From Candidatus Bathyarchaeia archaeon (GTDB lineage: Archaea > Thermoproteota > Bathyarchaeia > Bathyarchaeales > Bathycorpusculaceae), in NCBI GenBank assembly GCA_038883655.1, contig JAVZLQ010000002.1, positions 185,625 through 249,624 of the forward strand: a stretch of 64,000 bases of DNA, read 5' to 3'. The notes below the pieces were generated by a model. That model was given only the letters and a program-made list of their open reading frames with translations, was not told the origin of the DNA and did no database searches. The translations under genes and the position numbers were made by a program. Within the stretch, counting starts at the first letter, position 1. Each line of letters opens with the position of its first letter. Below, piece by piece: positions 51,034 to 59,394 of the stretch.

Positions 51034-51231
51034 CTGAATCACCAATATATCTTTGGAATATTCTTAAATATAAGTATATCCTTTTAATACTGCTTGAGAT
51101 ATCCCAAGAATAACCCCATTCAAATTTATGAGAAATTGTATGGATGGGTTAAAAGATACGAGAGAACCGATTTAACTTCGCCAACGGTTAGCGAAGTCAT
51201 GAAATATTCTCAGCAAAAGTTTGCGCAGTTT

Positions 51232-51777
51232 TCAACCATTTTCCAAAACCTTTGAAGCTTCACGCAACAATAAAGCCGTTGCCCTCTTAAAACGTGGATA
51301 AAGAAGCTGGGAAGCCGTAAGATATTCTCTGAATAGGCCGTCGTTTTCGCCTTCACAGTTCAAAGCTTCAGTTTTAGGCTTATCCGCTTTATCGCCTTCC
51401 AACTTTTTCAATTGTCTATAAACCTGATGTGGTTTAAGATTCAATTCTCGAGCTATAGCCCTATGGCCTAAACCCTTAAGCCTTAACGCTTTCAACTTCT
51501 CGATTAACTCGCTATTCCAAACGAAAGGCTTAGGCTTAAACTGTTCTGCAAACGTAGGCGTAATAGCCCCTACAGTTTCGCCTTGACTATTACTGTTTGC
51601 CTTCTTCAAGAAAAAGAAAAGCCTTCCATTATAAGACTGCTGAAAAACTTTAACGCCTTCCGCCTTAAGCTGTTCACTCCACTCGGGTTTAAAAGCTGAA
51701 TGCGGAATCAAAAGGCAAGGGCCGAAGTCAGTCATTTCCTCTGGAAAACTTTCGCTTAGGATTTCGTATAAACCCAT
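51232..51777 (-). CDS. HTH-containing protein
   Basis: LRLKGLGHRAIARELNLKPHQVYRQL. Confidence 0.75.
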   Translation of the reverse strand: MGLYEILSESFPEEMTDFGPCLLIPHSAFKPEWSEQLKAEGVKVFQQSYNGRLFFFLKKANSNSQGETVGAITPTFAEQFKPKPFVWNSELIEKLKALRLKGLGHRAIARELNLKPHQVYRQLKKLEGDKADKPKTEALNCEGENDGLFREYLTASQLLYPRFKRATALLLREASKVLENG

Positions 51778-52036
51778 GTTGCCCCTAACAAATGAATGTG
51801 CAGTTTCAAATTTAAACTTTAACATTTATGTTTAGATATGCTTTGAGCATATGCGGTATATATTTATGTTAATTAACGAAACCCTAAAATAAACCATTAT
51901 AAAGGTTCTTTTCCCACAATATATTATAAAACTAATTTATCCTCTGATAAATCTATTCTGTGAAAAGTTTTTGAAAAAGAAGCTCAATTTAACTTTCTTT
52001 TTCTTACTAATATATTTAAGTTAAAGTTTGAAACGT

Positions 52037-52885
52037 TCATGAAGCTAAACGCTTGAAGATTCTTTTAAATTCTACCCGCAATTCTTCTTCTGAAGGCTCT
52101 GTATAAATGGTTGTGGTTTCTAACCGTTTATGCCTCAGCACACTTTTGAGGCGTAAAAGTGAGCCTCTGTTCTCAAGCCAGATGTGAGCGAAAGCATGGC
52201 GTAGTTTATGAGGCGTAATGCGGTAAGGCTTCTTTAAAACGCCTTCCGTGTAGCGGTAAAACCACTTCAGAAAAGTTTTGTAGCTCATAGGCAAAATCCG
52301 TCCTTCATGATTAGCGGTTTCATTCCGCAAATGAACATAAAACCGTTTACTTATCGGATTAAGCGGAATGCTTACAGGCCTATCGTTCAGGCTCATTCCC
52401 TTAGGATAATACTTTTCACCTTGCCTTCTCCGAAGCGTTATAGTGTTCTTTTCAACGTCTATATCTTCCCAATAGAGGCCCAGGACTTCGCTTACACGTA
52501 AACCGTTAAAGGCCATAAGGCTAACAGCAAACTTGTAGCTGGTTTCATAACACGCCTCGATAAGCCTCATTATTTCCTCAGAGGTTAAATCCACTCGGAA
52601 TTGGCTGAAGTCAGGCTTAACCTCACGTAGCAAAGTTTTCAGAAAACTTGTATCGTAACCCATGAATTTGAGCAAGGCTGAAAGGAATCGTTTAGCCTCA
52701 GCCATGCTGTTAGCACTTTCAAAACTGTAAACCCATTCTTTAAGTTTCATAGGTGAAGCCTTCTCAAGCGTTAAGCCGTTTTGAATTAGAAACTTCTCAA
52801 GGCTATTGGCTAAGCTGAAATAGGTTTTCCGAGTGTTCTCGCTTTTTCCCATGCAGAATTTTTGTGCAGATTCCAATATGCTCAT
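52037..52885 (-). CDS. second tyrosine recombinase (Xer-like)
   Basis: SENTRKTY, NGLRVSEV, YPKG, PHKLRHAFA, LRH, TTIY. Confidence 0.92.
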   Translation of the reverse strand: MSILESAQKFCMGKSENTRKTYFSLANSLEKFLIQNGLTLEKASPMKLKEWVYSFESANSMAEAKRFLSALLKFMGYDTSFLKTLLREVKPDFSQFRVDLTSEEIMRLIEACYETSYKFAVSLMAFNGLRVSEVLGLYWEDIDVEKNTITLRRRQGEKYYPKGMSLNDRPVSIPLNPISKRFYVHLRNETANHEGRILPMSYKTFLKWFYRYTEGVLKKPYRITPHKLRHAFAHIWLENRGSLLRLKSVLRHKRLETTTIYTEPSEEELRVEFKRIFKRLAS

Positions 52886-52956
52886 ATGCTCACCTAATAA
52901 TGTCTAATGAATCTAACAAAAGTGAAGCGGAAAGGCTAGAGCGGGTAAGCATAAAG

Positions 52957-53130
52957 TCACCGCCTCGCAATTACAATTATAATTAATAACGCTATGAGGA
53001 CAAGCGATAAGAAGCCTAGAACAAACGTTGAAGCGAAGCTGGAGTTTAACAGGTAAAGTGCAGGAATCAAACCGCACAAGCACAACGCAAAAAGAATCAA
53101 ACTTAAGAGGCCCTTTTCGCTATCGGACAT
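52957..53130 (-). CDS. small two-helix hydrophobic protein
   Basis: MSDSEKGLLSLILFALCLCGLIPALYLL..FVLGFLSLVLIALLIIIVIARR. Confidence 0.65.
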   Translation of the reverse strand: MSDSEKGLLSLILFALCLCGLIPALYLLNSSFASTFVLGFLSLVLIALLIIIVIARR

Positions 53131-53278
53131 AATCAACCCTCTTCTTACGAATATGCTCCTCAAACTCTTTTTCTCGCCTAAGCTCTTCCAAATCAGCCTT
53201 CAACAATTTTAGAATGAGGAGTTCGCGTTCTTTTTCAATTTCGTTAAGTTTAACCCTCTTTCTTCTCTTTTTACTCAT
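53120..53278 (-). CDS. small basic coiled-coil protein (52 aa, not in ORF track)
   Basis: MSKKRRKRVKLNEIEKERELLILKLLKADLEELRREKEFEEHIRKKRVDYVR; GAGGT upstream; overlaps the next gene. Confidence 0.65.
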   Translation of the reverse strand: MSKKRRKRVKLNEIEKERELLILKLLKADLEELRREKEFEEHIRKKRVDYVR

Positions 53279-53347
53279 AGCTTATGAACCTCACAAAAGC
53301 GGATAATAAAAAAAGGGGAGTGTGCGGGAGAAATCTCCCTTGATTTT

Positions 53348-53376
53348 GGATGTGAAATAATTCCATGAGTTTTTAT
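53348..53376 (+). repeat. attR direct repeat
   Basis: GGATGTGAAATAATTCCATGAGTTTTTAT; encodes GCEIIP*. Confidence 0.9.
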
Positions 53377-53639
53377 ACAAACCCTTTGCTTGGAAAACGT
53401 CTGGCACTTTTAAGCATAGCTGAGCAAAATTTTCTTATCAATTGCCGTCCGAGTAACTCTGAGATTTCATCTGTCAATCAATCTAATGCCTTCTCATCAT
53501 CCGGCAACAAAATTATGAAGCGACAGAAATAAAAATGTTCTCTAAAGCGCCACATGTATTCTGAATATGGATTTTGAATTCATAAGTTAGTTATATGCTC
53601 CATGCCTATTCTTGTGCGTAAAAAGGTGGAGGAAACTCA

Positions 53640-53822
53640 TTGAAGCAAGACTTAACATCAAAGCAAAGGAAAGATTTGGAAGCTAAGATGGCTAAGGCTC
53701 TTAAAGAAAACATTAAGGGACTTTCGGCGGAATTGCAAAAAATATTGTTAGATGACATGGTTACGGCTTTCCAAAATAGAATAAACGTGTTAATGCGAGT
53801 GCAGAGGAAAAGGAGCTACTAA
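53640..53822 (+). CDS. small conserved hypothetical protein
   Basis: GGAGG RBS; helical LSAELQKILLDDMVTAFQNR. Confidence 0.65.
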   Translation: MKQDLTSKQRKDLEAKMAKALKENIKGLSAELQKILLDDMVTAFQNRINVLMRVQRKRSY

Positions 53823-53905
53823 CGCAGAGTAAATAGGAATAAGACGTAGTTTGAATCCATAAAAGCTTTATATAAAGAGGTTGAAAATATCGCCAAGAGG
53901 TTTGG

Positions 53906-54202
53906 ATGATGAGGCGTTCCAAACTCGAGATGTATATAGACATACTTAAAGTGTTAGCCCATCGTGGCCCATTAAAACTGACGCATATAATGTATAAGGC
54001 TAACGTGAACTGTAGTGTGCTTAAGGAGTACTTGGACTTTTTGATTAAACAAAACCTAATCGAGGAAAGGACTGTTGGCAAAAGAAGAGTTGTTTATGCG
54101 ATAACGCAGAAGGGCATAACGGTGCTCAAATACTTCAGAGAACTCAAGCAGGTGTTGCCAATAGTCGAAGAAGCCAGAAACAAGGCGCTGGTGCCATATT
54201 AA
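53906..54202 (+). CDS. archaeal winged-HTH regulator
   Basis: RRSKLEMYIDIL..THIMYKANVN..YAITQKG. Confidence 0.9.
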   Translation: MMRRSKLEMYIDILKVLAHRGPLKLTHIMYKANVNCSVLKEYLDFLIKQNLIEERTVGKRRVVYAITQKGITVLKYFRELKQVLPIVEEARNKALVPY

Positions 54203-54523
54203 ATTCCAAACTTTCTATAACAAAAATCATTTCTAATAATATTTCAAACATCGAAATACATTTTTTATTTCTCTGAATCTTTTCATTTCTACGATGTGCC
54301 ATGTTAGAGGAGTTAACGATATTCGCCGCACAGTACACTGCGGCTTTATTCATCTTTATGTTGTTATTCATCTTGCTTATGGGCGCCTTTTGTTCAAGAA
54401 CTGGTTTTTGTTGTAAGTAGTTTGTGTGTGTTTCGTGAATAAAGATGAGTGTTTCGTAAGACTTAATAAAGTCTCTGAGCTTCTACCATACTGTACAAGT
54501 GTAATACACAATGGGGAAAAGAA

Positions 54524-54898
54524 GTGGCAAAAGAGGAAGCATTAGGCAAAAAGCCTCTACAGATTCTTGAAAAAATTAAGGAAAACCTTGAAAAGCTAAA
54601 TGAGAAAATGGAAATAATAATCGAACTGCAGAAGCGTGAAAGAAAAGAGTTTCAACCTTTGCCCGAAGCGCCGTTGGATGTTATGACGTTGCTTTCAATG
54701 CCGGATCACCTTAGGAAGACGGCGATGACTGTTTGTAGGCTTGGAAGAGCTACTGCAGATGAGATAGCCCAGCAGACCCGAAGGGCTAGGGCTGTTGAAA
54801 GCGCGTATTTGAATCAGCTTGTTATTATGGGGTATTTGAAGAAGGAGCGTAAGGGACGTAAAGCCTACTTTTACATTGACAGGGAAGGGCAAGGGTGA
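54524..54898 (+). CDS. coiled-coil + winged-HTH protein
   Basis: ATADEIAQQTRRARAVESAYLNQLVIMGYL. Confidence 0.8.
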   Translation: MAKEEALGKKPLQILEKIKENLEKLNEKMEIIIELQKRERKEFQPLPEAPLDVMTLLSMPDHLRKTAMTVCRLGRATADEIAQQTRRARAVESAYLNQLVIMGYLKKERKGRKAYFYIDREGQG

Positions 54899-55680
54899 TT
54901 TGTATGGGCAAGGTAATTGCTATTCACTCCTACAAGGGTGGAACTGGAAAGACAATAATATCAATAAACTTGGCGGCAACACTTGCCAGACGCGGCAAAA
55001 AGGTTTGCCTTCTAGACCTCGACTTTCGAGCCCCGAGCATTGTAACGCTTCTTAAAGTTGAGAATGTTAATTATTGGATGAACGATTACTTGAATGGCAC
55101 TTGTGAAATTGACAAGGTTTTGGTGGATTTGAGCGACAGAATCAAAAATAATGGTAAGTTTTTCGTTGGTTTTGCCAACCCTGCAACAGAAGCAATTAGG
55201 GACATGACCGCGAAGGACAGGAAGTGGGAGATGCGCGCTTTAGGAAGACTCTTGTCTCTCAGAAACTCGCTTTTAAATGATAGGGGATTTGACTACATAA
55301 TTTTTGATACCAGCCCAGGATTACAGTATTCCTCAATAAACGCGATTGTAAGCGCTGATGTTATTATTGTAGCAACAACATTTGATAGGTCTGATGTTGA
55401 TGGTACAAAGCGTATGCTCAAGGAACTTTACGAGTTGTTTGAAAAGAAAACTGAAATTGTCCTTAACAAAGTTTTGAATGACATCGCGTTAAAGGGTGGA
55501 AAAGAGCTCCAATCCAGAATTAAGGATGTTTATCAAGCACCACTTTTGGGCGTAATTCCATGTTTCTGCGATATATTGAAGGGTGAAGGACACGTGATAT
55601 TTGTCCAAGAGAAAACTGAGCACCCATTTACAAGGATTCTGGAAGGTATAGCGGACAAAATTGATGGTGTTTTGATTTAG
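54895..55680 (+). CDS. MinD/ParA-family ATPase
   Basis: SYKGGTGKT, LDLD, IFDTSPG, VLNK. Confidence 0.9.
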   Translation: MICMGKVIAIHSYKGGTGKTIISINLAATLARRGKKVCLLDLDFRAPSIVTLLKVENVNYWMNDYLNGTCEIDKVLVDLSDRIKNNGKFFVGFANPATEAIRDMTAKDRKWEMRALGRLLSLRNSLLNDRGFDYIIFDTSPGLQYSSINAIVSADVIIVATTFDRSDVDGTKRMLKELYELFEKKTEIVLNKVLNDIALKGGKELQSRIKDVYQAPLLGVIPCFCDILKGEGHVIFVQEKTEHPFTRILEGIADKIDGVLI

Positions 55681-55802
55681 CTGCCACCGTTTGCTATTTT
55701 GTTTATCAACTGATGTATTTTGCAGTTTCTGCATCTCTCATAGTCTTTTTCATCACATTGCTTGCAAATTATTCTGTTGAGTTCCTTAATTTCCGAGTTC
55801 AT
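55677..55802 (-). CDS. Cys4 microprotein (41 aa, not in ORF track)
   Basis: MNSEIKELNRIICKQCDEKDYERCRNCKIHQLINKIANGGS; GAGGG upstream. Confidence 0.6.
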   Translation of the reverse strand: MNSEIKELNRIICKQCDEKDYERCRNCKIHQLINKIANGGS

Positions 55803-55930
55803 TGATGTTTACCCTCTTCATGTTGACTTTGCCTTGGTTGGGTAATATGGGCTATTCCGCATTAGTAATATTTCATACACGGACTTGTGCGATAATCTTA
55901 TATTACTTGTCCGTAAACGTTTCACTTTGT

Positions 55931-56284
55931 GTGGTGCAAGATTTGAACAAAAATGTTGCCTTAACATCCCTTGCATGGGGATTGTTTTTCGTCATGATTG
56001 GCGTCAGCTTAGCCATGACCGGTTATGGAATAACTTTTGAAGTTATGTTGCCTTACATCGCTGTTGGGACGGGTATAATTCTAATCGGATTAAGCGTTGC
56101 CAGAACTGGGCTGGGAATGGAACTAAACAAGTTCAGCTTGTTCATAGGCGTATTAGCCTTTATCCTTGGCGGTTTGGCTGCGACGGGCTACCTGCAAACG
56201 TTGCCATGGTATGCCATCGTAATAATACTTATGGGCTTGTTTATAATTGCGGAAGCCGTTCGCGCCCTAACAAAGTCAAAATGA
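55931..56284 (+). CDS. four-TM membrane protein (start approximate)
   Basis: Hydrophobic helices; the annotated N-terminus from 55802 overlaps an intergenic/promoter region. Confidence 0.65.
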   Translation: MVQDLNKNVALTSLAWGLFFVMIGVSLAMTGYGITFEVMLPYIAVGTGIILIGLSVARTGLGMELNKFSLFIGVLAFILGGLAATGYLQTLPWYAIVIILMGLFIIAEAVRALTKSK

Positions 56285-56304
56285 AAATTGGAGACTAACT
56301 GTTA

Positions 56305-56934
56305 TTGGATAGGTCGGCAATAGTCCTCGCTGGAGGAGTTTCCAGCAGATTCGGAAAGGATAAGGGGTTAATGCCGCTGGCAAATAGACCCCTCATAAGG
56401 TATGTTTTAGATGCTGTAGAAGGGGTTGTCGAGGAAGAGATTGTTGTTGTCAGCTCAAAAATTCAACTTGAAAACTACATAAAAGTGCTCGGTTCTGATG
56501 TTAGGCTGGTGATTGATGAAGGACAGATGCGTACTCCACTTCTTGGGGCATTAACTGGCTTAAAAATGGCATGCGGCGAATATGCCATACTGCTTCCATG
56601 CGACACACCATTCATAACAAAAGAAATAGTTTCACTGCTCTTTGAGCTTTGTATAAACAAAAATGCAGCCATTCCACGTTGGCCGAACGGTTACATAGAA
56701 CCACTGCAAGCAGTTTATCGTGTCAAACCAGCTTTTGATGCTGCTGAAAGGGCTTTGGTTGCTGGCGGTTTGAATATGCGGTCAATGATAAATGCTTTGC
56801 GTGAAGTCCGTTATGTTTCAACTCTTGTTTTGCAGCAGTTGGATTCAGAGCTTAAGACATTCTTTAATGTGAATACTCCGTTGGATTTAAAAAGGGCTGA
56901 GCTTATGCTTAAACGCGGAAAAGGCAAGTTATAA
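56305..56934 (+). CDS. mobA: molybdenum/tungsten cofactor guanylyltransferase
   Basis: IVLAGGVSSRFGKDKG, PCDTP, EPLQAVY, FNVNTP. Confidence 0.92.
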   Translation: MDRSAIVLAGGVSSRFGKDKGLMPLANRPLIRYVLDAVEGVVEEEIVVVSSKIQLENYIKVLGSDVRLVIDEGQMRTPLLGALTGLKMACGEYAILLPCDTPFITKEIVSLLFELCINKNAAIPRWPNGYIEPLQAVYRVKPAFDAAERALVAGGLNMRSMINALREVRYVSTLVLQQLDSELKTFFNVNTPLDLKRAELMLKRGKGKL

Positions 56935-56936
56935 GG

Positions 56937-58238
56937 TTATTTTTGTCTATTTTTGTTTTTTGCGTAGTTTTCAGTTTCTTCGAAAAGTTTTTCTATGTCA
57001 CTTTTTGTGTGGGCTGTGCTGAGCGTGCCGTTATGCGTTGGAAGGAAGAATACTCCATTTGCAATTAACTCCAAGTTATATTCTAAAAGTTTCTTTCTGT
57101 CAGCCATAAAAGCGGCTTTCGCATCCTTAACGTTCTCACTGGTAAAGTGCACGTTGAAAATTGAGCTTGTACCCGTAACCTGAGCGTCTACTTCATTCTT
57201 TTCGAAGATTTCCTTTAACTCCTCCCTTATCTTGTCTCCAAGCGCGTTTAGCTCCCTTATTAGTTTGCCGTCCTCCAAAATTTTCAGCGTTGCTAAGCCG
57301 GCGGTCATCGTTATCGGGTTTGCTGTGAATGTTCCGCCGTGAAAAGCGTAATTGGGTCTTTCGTAAATTGTCGTATCAAGCTTCTCCATTATTTCCCTTC
57401 TTCCACAAAAGGCGCCTACTGGAAAGCCGCCGCCCAAAATTTTCCCAAAAACAGTGATGTCGGACTTAACGCCGAAAAATTGTTGAGCGCCTCCTGGAGC
57501 CAGCCTAAATCCAGTAATCACTTCGTCGAAGATTAGCAGAATATCTTTTTCATCGCAAATTTCCCTAAGTTCCTTCAAAAATTCTTTTTTTGCAGGTATG
57601 CCGCCTCCGGCGCCCAAAACTGGTTCGATTATTATTGCGGCAACATCCTTTTCGTCCCGTAATTTCTTTCTTACTCCTTCGCTATCATTGAACGGCAAGA
57701 GCATAGTGTCTTGTGTAGCTCCAAGCGTTAATCCTGCTGATTCTGGCATGTCAAATGGGTACTTCACGCCTATGTGTAAAGCGTCATATCCGCCGTGCCA
57801 TCCGCCCTCAAACTTTGCAATTTTGCGCCTCTTTGTGTAGGTTCTTGCTAGGCGAACAGCATACATATTCGCCTCTGTTCCAGAGTTTGCGAAGCGCACC
57901 ATGTCCACGTTTGGAACCATTTTTACAATTTGTTCTGCTAATGCTATTTCCAGTTCGTGGCATGTTCCATAATGTGTGCCATTTTCAATCTGTTTCTTAA
58001 CAGCTTCAACTACTGGTTTTGGGCTGTGTCCAAGTATAAGCGCTGTGTGTCCAAGCCAAAAGTCTATGTACTCATTTCCATCAACGTCGTAAAGTTTGCT
58101 TCCCTTCGCTTTGGCCGAGTAAAATGGATATGGCTCAAAAAACCTTATGCCATATGAAACTCCAGCGGGCAAAACCTTCTTTGCCCTTTCATACAGCGCC
58201 CTTGACTTTGCGGTTTTGGAAACATACCTATTAAACAT
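56937..58238 (-). CDS. hemL: glutamate-1-semialdehyde aminomutase-like class III aminotransferase
   Basis: DVDGNEYID, NSGTEA, FDEVITGFR, FGKILGGGFP, GTFTANP. Confidence 0.82.
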   Translation of the reverse strand: MFNRYVSKTAKSRALYERAKKVLPAGVSYGIRFFEPYPFYSAKAKGSKLYDVDGNEYIDFWLGHTALILGHSPKPVVEAVKKQIENGTHYGTCHELEIALAEQIVKMVPNVDMVRFANSGTEANMYAVRLARTYTKRRKIAKFEGGWHGGYDALHIGVKYPFDMPESAGLTLGATQDTMLLPFNDSEGVRKKLRDEKDVAAIIIEPVLGAGGGIPAKKEFLKELREICDEKDILLIFDEVITGFRLAPGGAQQFFGVKSDITVFGKILGGGFPVGAFCGRREIMEKLDTTIYERPNYAFHGGTFTANPITMTAGLATLKILEDGKLIRELNALGDKIREELKEIFEKNEVDAQVTGTSSIFNVHFTSENVKDAKAAFMADRKKLLEYNLELIANGVFFLPTHNGTLSTAHTKSDIEKLFEETENYAKNKNRQK

Positions 58239-58373
58239 TTTAAAGACCTTTTTGATAAAATCTTGTTTCAGCGAATTTTCTTATTACTGTTTCCATATTC
58301 GCAACAGCAGCTTGTGAACCGAAATGAATTTAAAACCTCACTTTTGTCTAAGAGAATTTGCGGTGATGGACGT

Positions 58374-58643
58374 TTGACCCAGCAAACTACTGGAATCATC
58401 GTTAACTATCGTGTTGGCCCCAAAAGTCAGAGATCTAAAGAGTGCATAATCCAGTTCAGCCATGTGAAATCTTTTTCTGAAGCGTGTAGGCTTGTTGGAC
58501 GGAAGGTTGCATGGAAATGCGGGGAAAACAGGATTGTAGGTAAGGTTGTGGCTTTGCATGGAAAGAAAGGCTTGGTTAGGGCTAGGTTCAGAAGAGGTTT
58601 GCCGGGTCAAGCTTTGGGGACAACAGTTGAACTTGTCGGCTAG
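58374..58643 (+). CDS. rpl35ae: 50S ribosomal protein L35Ae
   Basis: GIIVNYRVG..GKVVALHGKKGLVRARFRRGLPGQALG. Confidence 0.93.
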   Translation: MTQQTTGIIVNYRVGPKSQRSKECIIQFSHVKSFSEACRLVGRKVAWKCGENRIVGKVVALHGKKGLVRARFRRGLPGQALGTTVELVG

Positions 58644-59323
58644 GGTTTTGTGAAATGCCTTAAAGAGTCAGCGTATGCTGGCAATTGGCTTAGGAAATCT
58701 TGAAGTTGCAGGATTGGGACGATTGGCACGTTATCGTAGAACTTGAACTTTCCGGCAACAAGTGATATAACTGCTGGCACTAAGCACACACTATCCCACA
58801 TAGCGCACTCAACCTTATCCGCAAGGGTTGGCAGAACTTCAGCGAAAGCCCATGTTCTCTGCGTTTGCTCCTCAACAATCTCTTTTAAAGCCGAAGGCAA
58901 GATTGCACGGTGCCAATGCTTACAGTCGATGCATAGGGCTATTGGTTTTCTACATCCAACAACATCCATTTCCCATTTCCGCCCAGCATAACTAAAATGG
59001 ATATTCTTCGCTACGCTGTAGCCGTTTCTCTCCAAAGCTGTTGCAGCAATATCTTCAAACTCTTGCCACCGCAGAAAGGCGCTTACGGTTTCGATGTCTG
59101 CGCCTATACTTAGGGCTTTAACAGCCAGGTTTAAGCGTTGTATCCCGTCAGCTTTAACAAGAAAACCGTTAACATAAATTAGTCCATCGTTTTGCAATTT
59201 TAACAGCAACTTTCTACAATTTTGCAGTGGAATATTAGCTTCTTTATTTACTAGTTTATGTGAAACTGGTCCATTTTTGGTTAGTTTTAGAATTGTAATA
59301 ATCAAGTTTCTTTGAACATTCAC
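58640..59323 (-). CDS. PD-(D/E)xK nuclease (Mrr/NERD-like) with N-terminal wHTH
   Basis: WQEFE, EMDVVG, IDCKHW. Confidence 0.8.
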   Translation of the reverse strand: MNVQRNLIITILKLTKNGPVSHKLVNKEANIPLQNCRKLLLKLQNDGLIYVNGFLVKADGIQRLNLAVKALSIGADIETVSAFLRWQEFEDIAATALERNGYSVAKNIHFSYAGRKWEMDVVGCRKPIALCIDCKHWHRAILPSALKEIVEEQTQRTWAFAEVLPTLADKVECAMWDSVCLVPAVISLVAGKFKFYDNVPIVPILQLQDFLSQLPAYADSLRHFTKP

Positions 59324-59394
59324 TTTTTAATCTCCTAAATTATACATTAGAATGCTTAAAAATTAGCCTTTTAGAGTTTTATTTAAAAGCCTTT

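Larger units (their letters stand above)
45407..53376. mobile_element. integrated archaeal MGE (integrative plasmid, provirus or satellite), ~8 kb
   Basis: Flanking direct repeats, integrase next to attL, replication-type ATPase, RHH/AbrB/HTH regulators, second recombinase. Confidence 0.9.

Noticed and set aside
50806-51087. 93-aa + strand ORF
   Set aside because: Antisense to the AbrB-type gene, which has a clear family motif
58640-59323. Restriction-like nuclease as a defence system
   Set aside because: Solitary gene in housekeeping context next to rpl35Ae, with no methylase or defence neighbours
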